Source: Octopus bimaculoides
Taxonomy: Eukaryota
DNA: 64,000 nt
Direction of reading: 5' to 3'
NCBI RefSeq assembly: GCF_001194135.2
Contig: NC_069000.1
Location: 9,361,843 to 9,425,842, forward strand
Positions 13,520-22,905 of the stretch are shown in pieces; the stretch's first letter is position 1; each line of letters opens with the position of its first letter. The position numbers were made by a program, and so were the translations under genes. The notes below the pieces were generated by a model that was not told where the DNA came from, did not search any database, and saw only the letters and a list, made by a program, of their open reading frames with translations.

Positions 13520-14495
13520 GTAAGGTTGAAATCATTTCACTTTCATCATTCACCAGCATGCTACCAACAAGACAATGAGGACTATGAGTATACCAAGAGT
13601 ATATCAAGAGGCTCACATCTACACAAGAATTTATATAGATTATCTGAGACTGCAGTTTAAATGAACTAATAAAGAGTATGTACAAATGATGAGAATTACC
13701 CAAATTAGAAACAATTTTTTTTGTTTTGTTTTATTACAAGGACAGTTTTGTTTAGTTTTTGAATGATCTGCAAAGACCAAAAGATGCAAAGTAATTGTGT
13801 CTTAGATAAAATATGCTACAAATATAAACCAATATGGTTGTAGGTGAAGATCAATTTTTGTCGGCTTCAAATTTACAGTACATACTTAAACTAACCAGAA
13901 AATTTATAGTATGTACTTCAAATTGACAGCACACACTTAAACGGTCAGAGAATAATTACTATATAAAGGAAAAATGTTAGAAAAAGCAGTTTAGAAAGAT
14001 CTAAAAATAAGAAAGTTATTTGAAAACTAATCAAATTTTAGTCTTCCAATAATTGATTTTACAATATAAATTGAGCTTGTCATTTTAATTTTGGATAAAA
14101 ATGTTTTTACCATTTAGGAAATGAATTATCAAATGAGCTTTTTGAAAGAAGGTCTGTATTTTAGGCTACATAAACAACGAAATCTAGCATAAACAATTAA
14201 AACTGTAAAATCATAAGTAAATATTATAATATGCAATTGAAAATTAAAAATCTAAAAACAAAATAATTCAAAACAAGAAATTAAATTCTGCTGGAAATGC
14301 AAGTTAGAATCTAAATCTAAAAAACAAAGCAGCAAAAGAATTTGAATAAAAATTGAAAGTTAATTTTATTTTTAAATAATACTCTGCAGAAAATGTTTGT
14401 AATATGATGTAAAATTTTCCCCCATGTACAGGTATGGAAAACATTAAAAATAGTTCAATAAAAATCTAAAAGTTAACATAGTCAAGAGCTCTTAC

Positions 14496-14501
14496 TTTAT
14501 T
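14496..14501 (-). terminator. Candidate AATAAA polyadenylation signal for an unspliced form (another at 14365-14370)
   Basis: First minus-strand AATAAA I found downstream of the stop (~610 nt). The motif is common in AT-rich DNA, so this is weak evidence. Confidence 0.2.
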
Positions 14502-15111
14502 TACCCCAACCCTCTCTTTTTAAGTAGATGATTGTGTTCAAGTTGGTGGCATGCTTTAGCCCACAAGTAGGAAAGGGCCAAATGTTTAGAACAATTCCGA
14601 GCATGGACAATGGACTTCTCTGCAGGGTGTCACCAAATATAATGCATCACACACAATTTTACAAGTAAAAAAAATCATTATTTCTCTTTTGAGAAAATAA
14701 CATTTAAAGTTGATGTCTATTGATTATGATAGATAATGTGAAGAATAATTGTCACATACAAAATACTATAATCTTTTTAATAGAAAATACTTAGAACCAA
14801 GATTGTTAGCAATAATTTTGCTAACATCTATTCCAAATGTCCTGCATGTGTGTTCTTCAGTTTGCATACTTAGATGCACTTTTATCTTCAAACTGTATGG
14901 TTCGTAATTTTACGTAAAGAATTCTAGAAGTTTGAGAGTCTTAAAGATCCCCTGCAGCAAGTCCCAATAACAGAATCCAGTGGCAAGGAGTTTGCATGCG
15001 AACATTCAGGCTAATGGTAGTAGTAGTAGAAATGTATGTCTGTCGTAGAAAGCTTTTGAGGAGGGATAACTCCAAATATAGGACACACCAAAATACAAAG
15101 CAGTTAAACAA

Positions 15112-17691
15112 CTACAGCATACCTTCCTCTGTTTGAACTTGGTTTTCTCCATTAGGAAGTGACTGTACATCCTGTGAATGACTTATCACATTGGACTCAT
15201 TGTCCATATCTGCAGACACAGAACTGCTATTTTCAGTTGGAATTGTGGATTTCTGTACAGGTAATTCCTCCTTTGCAACAGTTGGTTGCTGAGAAATTTC
15301 AGAATTATCTTTGACTACAATAGATTCTTTGTCATCATCAGCAACAGGCACTTGTTCAACAGAACCAGAAATGTCTATCTGCTCAGCGCTGCTTGGACCA
15401 TTTTCTGTAGATTTATCATTTTCAGTATTTGCTACCTCATTTTCAGCTGTTACCTCCTCAGTGTGACTGTCACCCTTTCCAGGTGCATTAGCAGTATCTT
15501 GTTCTGAGACTGCTTCTGATGTAATTTCACCTGCTGGTGTTAATTCTGTTGCTATCGTCTCTGCTGCTTCTTTTACTTGTTCAGCTTCATCAGCTGATGC
15601 TTTCTCTTCCACTACATCACTGCTATTATCCACATTTGTTTTGGCTTCTGATGGTGTTGTCTTTTCAATTTCAACTAAAGCTGCCCCTTCTTCTGTATGT
15701 TCAGACTGAGCAGTTTCTTCTACAGCTGGTTGTTTTGTTTCCTCTTGTTTTTCTTCTGATGGAATTTCCTCAACAGTTTCTTTTTCTACTTCCTGTATTT
15801 CCTTTACAGTTTCTTGAGGTTCTAAATGTTCTTCAGCTACTGATTCATGAGGTTCTTCAATAACAGCCTCTTTGGGTTCCTCAACCACAGACTCTCCAGC
15901 CTCTGCCACTTGAGATTCTTCAACTGCAATTTTTTGCTGTTCTGCAGCTTCATGTTGCTTTTGCTCAAATTCCTGCTGAACTTCTTCCAATACTGCTTCT
16001 ACTAAGCTCTCTTCATAAGGTTTTTTAACAGGTTCTTCAACAATAGCAGTTTTCTCTTCAGTATCCACTAAAACTGGGCTTTCTGTTGACTGCACCTCTT
16101 CAGCTACAGATTTAACAGCACTAGCTGCTTCTTCTGTTGGTAGTATTAAGTCCTCTTCATAGGCACCTTTAGGAGAGGGTAATGCTGAAGGTACTTCAGC
16201 TGTCATCAAGTCAGCTGACAAAATATTGTTAGATTCAGTATGTTCACTCTTGAAGATCTCTTCAGTTTTCTCTTCATCTTCCACAACTGGTGGTGGAGGA
16301 GGAGGTAAGCTATCTTCGACTTGATGAGCAGCGTCTTCAATTTCTTGCTTCACAGTATCTACAACGGTGTCTACACTGGTCTCGGTGATGGCTTCAACAA
16401 TGTTTCCACTGTCAACACTAGTTTCTTGGAGTTCAACCTTAGGCATAACCAGCGCATCAACACTAGTTTCAGTAGCATCTGGTTCAACAATTTTGCCACT
16501 ATCTACACTAGTCTCAGCAACATCTATATCCAGGGGAACAGCTGGAACATCAACAGGCTCTTCTTTAGAAACTTTATCTTCAACAAGTTCTTTAACATCA
16601 CTACTATCAACATTAGATGTCAATACAGTAGACGATTCAGATTCTTTATTAGTGGGAAGAAATTTATCAACTAAAGAGGAGGGCATTGACTTAGAAACAG
16701 TTGAAATAATAGTTGATACTTTCTCTTCAACAACAGGAACAACCACTTCTTCAACTTTATCAGCAACTTTAGACACACCTTCTTTTACTTTTTCTGAAGC
16801 AAAGCTTACAATACCGGCATCTTTTGAATCACTTTCAACCTTCTTCACTTCAGTAACTGTTTCTGAAACAGTAGTGATAATTGGCTCAGATTTAATTACT
16901 TTGCTGGACTCCTCAGTGAAATGTTGAACCTCAGTAACCAAATCCTCTTTTGCAGGAACTGAGTCAATTGCTGAGCCAACTGAGTCAGTAAATTTACTAA
17001 CAGACGATGAAACTACAGTTTTATATTCTTGAGTGGAGCTACTGGTAATTTTGCTCACTGATTCAGTTGCACTGGTAGTAAGTTTGGTTACTGATTCTGA
17101 TACATTGTTACTAAGAGTCTTCATGGATTCATTAGTACCAGACACAACTTTACTAACTTGCTCAGAAGCACTGCTTGTAATTTTGCTCACTTCTTTTGTG
17201 ACCATAGTCTTACATTCCTCAGTAACTGATTTCACAACTTCAGATGCAACCTCCATTGCAGTTGCTTTAATATCTTCTGCAACATCTTTCTTGTCAACCA
17301 TAACAAAATCTTCCTCTTTCTTTTCCAAAGTAGATTTAACTTCTTTAGTCACATCTGAGACAGTTGAAGCAGCTTCAGATGTAGCAGATACTGCTTCATC
17401 TTTCTTTTCCTCAATCGCAGCTTCAACTTTAGCAGCTTCTGCACTTACAGCCTCTCCCACATCTGTCACATTTTTCAGTATGTCCAACTCTGTTTTATCT
17501 ATTTGTATATCTGCAGTTCCTTCCTTGCTCACCTCAACACTAACCCCTTGGAGAAGTGGCTCTTGGGCATTTTCCCCAGAAGCTGCAGGACGTTCAAATA
17601 GCACATTTTCTTCATTTTTTTCAACAGGCTTATCTACTAAATTTTCTTCTTCAGCCTCTTTTTTGGCTTGTTTACCCAAAGAACACCCCAT
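15112..17691 (-). CDS. Uncharacterized 859-aa acidic, low-complexity, probably N-myristoylated/palmitoylated scaffold protein; AKAP-like (gravin/AKAP200-type architecture, by motifs only); may be a giant first coding exon
   Basis: Only long ORF in the window. Start context AAAC-ATG-G, with an in-frame TGA 30 nt upstream. N-terminus MGCSLGKQAKK. E/S/T/V/K-rich with no Trp and one Arg. Contains internal 11-mer and ETSVD repeats, AKAP-consensus helices, a LIR and a polyproline motif. The CDS is well supported; the function is inferred. Confidence 0.88.
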   Translation of the reverse strand: MGCSLGKQAKKEAEEENLVDKPVEKNEENVLFERPAASGENAQEPLLQGVSVEVSKEGTADIQIDKTELDILKNVTDVGEAVSAEAAKVEAAIEEKKDEAVSATSEAASTVSDVTKEVKSTLEKKEEDFVMVDKKDVAEDIKATAMEVASEVVKSVTEECKTMVTKEVSKITSSASEQVSKVVSGTNESMKTLSNNVSESVTKLTTSATESVSKITSSSTQEYKTVVSSSVSKFTDSVGSAIDSVPAKEDLVTEVQHFTEESSKVIKSEPIITTVSETVTEVKKVESDSKDAGIVSFASEKVKEGVSKVADKVEEVVVPVVEEKVSTIISTVSKSMPSSLVDKFLPTNKESESSTVLTSNVDSSDVKELVEDKVSKEEPVDVPAVPLDIDVAETSVDSGKIVEPDATETSVDALVMPKVELQETSVDSGNIVEAITETSVDTVVDTVKQEIEDAAHQVEDSLPPPPPPVVEDEEKTEEIFKSEHTESNNILSADLMTAEVPSALPSPKGAYEEDLILPTEEAASAVKSVAEEVQSTESPVLVDTEEKTAIVEEPVKKPYEESLVEAVLEEVQQEFEQKQHEAAEQQKIAVEESQVAEAGESVVEEPKEAVIEEPHESVAEEHLEPQETVKEIQEVEKETVEEIPSEEKQEETKQPAVEETAQSEHTEEGAALVEIEKTTPSEAKTNVDNSSDVVEEKASADEAEQVKEAAETIATELTPAGEITSEAVSEQDTANAPGKGDSHTEEVTAENEVANTENDKSTENGPSSAEQIDISGSVEQVPVADDDKESIVVKDNSEISQQPTVAKEELPVQKSTIPTENSSSVSADMDNESNVISHSQDVQSLPNGENQVQTEEGML
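15117..15126 (-). other. Candidate 5' splice donor GAAG|GTATGC at the end of the big ORF (exon would end at 15123, phase 1)
   Basis: Minus strand reads GAG GAA G|GT ATG CTG TAG; the stop lies three codons into the putative intron. Confidence 0.45.
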
Positions 17692-18149
17692 GTTTCCTAG
17701 CTTACAGTAATTTCTATTTTCTCAGAAAATCTCACAAAAATAAGTTTGTATTTAGCTTCACGTTCTCCTTTACTTTCTTTACTTCTTATTTCTCTTTCAA
17801 AGAAAAAAAACTTACAGATCAACAAATAACTTTGAAGAAACAGAAATACTTCTATTTTTTTCCCTTTCGTTGTAAATTATTAAAGATATAGTGGACTTCG
17901 TTAAAGCATACTTAATTCAACAAAACAACAGTAAATCATTCAAATTACAAAATCCAACAAAAATATGTATGCAAAGTCTTTCAAAGGAGGATATTTGTCA
18001 TGGATAAAGCAAATATTTTCTCAACTGAAATACTAAATCCAAATAGAAGGTACTCCAAGTGTTTAATGTTTCCAATTTAATTCAAAAGTAGAAAATTCCA
18101 GGTTTCTCTTTTAGTTAGGTATTCAATCAAGAGAAAAAAAAGTTGTGTA

Positions 18150-19414
18150 AATCCACGTGAAAGCCACAATTATTGCAACTAATTAACAGAAGCTAAGTGA
18201 GGAAAACCAACTCACCAAAAAAAAGTTGTAGCAAGAATTCTTGAAATGCAAATTGAAAATTTTTTTTTACACAATAATATAAGAAAAAGTATTCTTTTTT
18301 CTCACTTTTTAGCACGTGTGATAATAAAAAATGGCTTATCCAGTACTGCAATTTCTTTTTCTAGTAAAGAATAAATCTCCGAAATGTAAATATGAAATAA
18401 TCCGAGAGTGTAGAATGAAGAAATCAGTCCAAGTTGGTGTTATAAGGTGTGGGCTTTTTGCTTTCTTCAAGAGCCAGCACAAAACATATACTGCTATCTC
18501 CTCGACAATTATTGCAGATAAAATACAAAGGTATATCCCAGCAGAAAAACTGTAATCTTTTTACCAGAATTTGATTTTCATGAAGTCTTAATTAATTGAT
18601 TCCAGGATGCATTTCTAACATCACTGCTATAAGACAAACCTTCTGTCAAATTAAGGAGTTCTGTAGTGTGTGCGCGGCTCTGATATGCAGTCTGTAAGCA
18701 CAGACAAAACCAGGCAATGTAGCTGACTGCTCAGGAGGAAAGCAGAGGGCAGTAGTGGCTGGTTAGAAATCCTAGCTGCCACTCCTAACAATGTATGAAG
18801 ATGGTAGCATAGAGAAAAGTGCTGAGAAGAGAGAAGATTCTTTTCCCATCAGTAAAAGTGAGTTGAGATTAACAGCTATCTAGTCTGAAGGCTAAACTAC
18901 TACTGCTGTTGTGAAGGTAAAAGTTATGGTAGGTGTAGTAATGACAGAACTGGCAGTGTTGCGAGTAGTTCTTATAGTAGTGGCAACAGCTAATGCTGGC
19001 TACTGCTGCTCACTAAAACTAGTAGTAGTAGTAGTAATAGTAGTAGTAGCAGCAACAGCAGCAGCAGCAGCAGCAGTAGCAGTAGTAGTAGTCGTAATAG
19101 TAGTAGTAGTAGTAAGGATAAAAAAGGGAGGAGTATGTCTAAATACACACACACATACAGTACACAAACACACAAACACAAAGAATATCCATCCACCAAC
19201 TGACTAGGTGTCTGCGGCTATGTCAGGGAGAACTGACTGTCTCAGAAAATGGCTATAGTCAGTGAGTGTTATGTTTCCTTTGCAGTTTCCACTTCTTGCT
19301 TGTCTGACAGACTGACTGCCTGTCTAGTTTGATGCCCCTCTCTTCACACATCAATTCCTTTATCCATTCAGTACACCATGGACTTGTACACTACTCAGCA
19401 CCATTCAATCAGAT

Positions 19415-19446
<32 letters not shown>

Positions 19447-19480
19447 ACTCACTCTCTCTCTCTCTCTCTCTCTCTCTCCC
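18150..19480 (-). promoter_or_regulatory. Candidate promoter/5'UTR region of the big ORF
   Basis: CACGTG E-boxes at 18154 and 18313. GC-richer patches at 18660-18790 and 19200-19410. TCAGTY Inr-like motifs on the minus strand at 19198, 19231 and 19310. (CT/GA)n GAGA tract at 19414-19478. No transcript data. Confidence 0.25.
18900..19130. repeat. (AGT)n/(AGC)n microsatellite
   Basis: Directly visible. Confidence 0.9.
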
Positions 19481-22418
19481 TTCTCAAATGTTGTAGAGAA
19501 TTGAATTTCAACCAACAGAAACTATGAGGAGGGAAAAAATATAGGGAGTAAATTGAGAAGAATGGAAGGGAAATAGTAAAGAAAGGGAAATCTAAAGACA
19601 AAAAAAAAAAAGAAAAAAATATCAACTTCCCTATGGAAAAGAATACCAATGAGACTAAGTAGTAACAGAGGGGTGAGAGAGAAAGAGGAAAAAAGTATTT
19701 AAGAGAAGGATATTTTCAAGTAAGAAAGGAAATCAGCCTTCTCACTAACAATAAAAAAAAAAACACCCAAGTGGAAAATGCATTCAAGAGAGGATCACTT
19801 TAAAATCACCCCTCTCTTTTTCTTTATTTCTCTCCCTCTCTCTCTCTCTTTCTTCTTCTCCATCTACATATCTGCCTATCTAACTGCATGTCTCGCACGT
19901 CTATTTTCCTTTTTTATGCTTTTATTTCAGGATATATTTGCTTTATTTTTGTTCTTAATAATTGATTAGAAAGTTGCTCCTGCAATAAGGTAACAATTAT
20001 TAGCTCATTAATTATTTCCCCCCACTTACAGCTCCGAAACCCCACCGCCAGCTACCAACCATTTCCCTCACCACACACACACACATACACACACACACAC
20101 ACACCTACATCTACACCCACTATATAACAGAACATTCATCAGTACACCACCACTCTCTTTGGTTGCTCTATTACTAATGTGACTTGCTCCTGATTTGCAT
20201 CATTATCTCTATGCTACACTAACAACATATTTTGGAAAGGATTTTTGTTTTTAGGTCCTCTTTTTGTAAAATATTGAGTTAACTGAAGAATTCAGGCATT
20301 AAAAATTCCCAAAATTATTTTGGTCTAATTATATTGCTTTGCAAATAATTTTGGTTCAGAGGAGTCACTTTTGGAGGAGTGGAGGGATGGCAGTGTTGGT
20401 GCTTATTTATAGACATCAACTACTTAGATGTGTCCACTTAAATTCTTATATACATACATATACATATATATATATATATATATACAAACATGCATAGCCA
20501 TTTTCTGGCATATATGGCATGCAAAGATGTACATTAATGTATTCTGCTGTATATTATAATGAACAGTAATAATGATGTGGATGAAGAATGAAGGAAGGAA
20601 TAGAAAGATGAAATATAGTTATTTTGTTAATCAACATTTTGAATATTAAATCAAAAGCTATCAATTTATGAATTCTAGAGCAACTATACCACTCCAGTTT
20701 TCAATATCTCTCTATCTCTAGAGAGAAATGGATAATTTGACCACACATACACACGCGCGCGTGTGTGTGTGCGTGCGTGTGTGCGTGTGCACTCTCATAA
20801 ACCATGCTTTATTTAAAAATGTATGTGAGCTACATTTCATACTAGTTATGTATACACATCATTCACATTACACACATAATAAAATAGATACACTACATAC
20901 CGCCACACAATATACATTATGCACCCACCCACTTTGGTTCTATTTTCTAGTTGGAAACCTTTCACTTTTATGTTGTTAATACTTTTGGAAAAGCATGAAT
21001 GCCACAATATCAGACAAACTCAGAGATTATGAAAATATATTCATTTAAGCAACTATGTGTGTATGTAATGTATATTATGTATGTATGCATACAGTATACA
21101 TACAGAGAGAGAGAGAGTGTCAGAGACAGAAAGAATGAATGATATTAGACAGTACAGAAATTTATCATTCACATTTAGTTGATTTAATGCAGGTTATATT
21201 CTAAAATATAGGGCAATATACACATTAAATACAAAGTCATATATTTCATACATGTTAGTCATGGTCATACATAACAGAAACTTTTGTTTCTTTTTTATTT
21301 GCTTTTTTTTTCTTTTCACAAGAGTAGATATACATATGCATACAGATACCTAATAAAATGCATGCATTTTACGTTTGATGTGTAGCAGTTAATATGATTA
21401 AAGCTTTTGGTGGGGGCAAGGAGGAGGGGCATAAAATATTGTTAGTCATAATGGAATGACCATGCTGATTAGTAAAACTGTAAACAGGATTTTCAGAGCC
21501 ATTTACTTGGTATCAGTTAGCATTTATTATGAAGTGACATCTTAAAGCCACTGCTGCTGAGCTTCCAGAAAAGGACAAATAATATAAATGGCAGGTATAG
21601 GAGCAGGGGAAGGGAGAATAGGGTAAGAAGACAGAGCAAGGATGGAAATGAAGGCTGAAAAAGAAGTAAAAAAATAAAGCTGTGATTTGATGAATGAAAT
21701 TAGTGGGAATGAAAAAAAGAAACTGAAGGAATGAATACCAGGTAAGAATTAAAAAGAGAGAGAGAGAAGTAAGTTGGAAAGAAAATTATGATAAATATAA
21801 GGAAAAAAGGCTCCAGATTTAGAAGAAATTGTTGCTTGATTCCTTGAGTCATTTTCACATGACTTCAATTATTTGGGTTTTAAATTGGAACCGAATTTAA
21901 AATTATTTAATTGTATTACGAAGAGAATATTTTAAAAATCTATATATATGTGCATAACTATGAATAAAAGATTACATGTGATGACACAATATAATGATAC
22001 GCACGTGATGATAATTCATGTGTGTAAGGGTTCTTGTAAGGATATGCACATGTGGTTGTGTATTTCGATGAGTGTTTGTATGCTAAAGTGTGTCTCTATA
22101 AGCATTATTATCAAACATGAATGTACAATAAAATAGCTATTTTTCACATTTTATCAAGTATACAGGTGATGGTTGTAAAAAAAGATTCGATAGTTATGCC
22201 AAAGATTGGTCCAGTTGAATTACTTTCAGACTTATCCATCATACATTACAGCCACAGATATATGACAGATATTGCATATAAAATTATGCAACTGAAACAC
22301 ATATATACACATCTTTATATAAATATATACATACATACATGCATACATATTAATGTAATAAAACTCTGAGTAGTAACAGAGAATAATCTCAGCACACCAA
22401 TAAAATACATTAATATTC

Positions 22419-22471
22419 ATGTGTGTGTGTGTGTATATATCAATATCTTTCTATTTATCTCTCTCTCTCTC

Positions 22472-22512
<41 letters not shown>

Positions 22513-22672
22513 NNNNNNNNNNNNNNNNNNNNNNNNNNNNNNNNNNNNNNNNNNNNNNNNNNNNNNNNNNNNNNNNNNNNNNNNNNNNNNNNNNNNNNNN
22601 NNNNNNNNNNNNNNNNNNNNNNNNNNNNNNNNNNNNAATATATACACACACATATATATATACATAAATATG

Positions 22673-22720
<48 letters not shown>
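22419..22720. repeat. (GT)/(CT)/(TA)/(CA) compound microsatellite with N-gap
   Basis: Directly visible. Confidence 0.95.
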
Positions 22721-22721
<1 letters not shown>

Positions 22722-22751
22722 TATCTCACTCTTTCTCCCACTCTCATTTGA

Positions 22752-22905
22752 GCTTCTTTCAGTTTCCATCTACCATATCAACTCACAAGGCTTTGCGGTT
22801 AGTCTGGGACTATAATAGAAGACACTTTTCCTAAGGTGAGACGTAGTAAGGCTGAACTTGAAACCATGTGATTCAAAAGTGAACTTTTTAACCACAGTTA
22901 TGCTT
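22752..22905 (-). mobile_element. tRNA-derived SINE family A (Octopus OK/OR-type), 5' half
   Basis: Reverse-complement homology to 32227-32350 (ccttgtgagt...ggtagatggaaactgaaagaagc). Confidence 0.75.

Noticed and set aside
15286-17891. Six + strand ORFs overlapping the big ORF (up to 225 aa)
   Set aside because: Antisense shadows of the minus-strand CDS; S/T/L/F-rich mirror composition and no independent signals.
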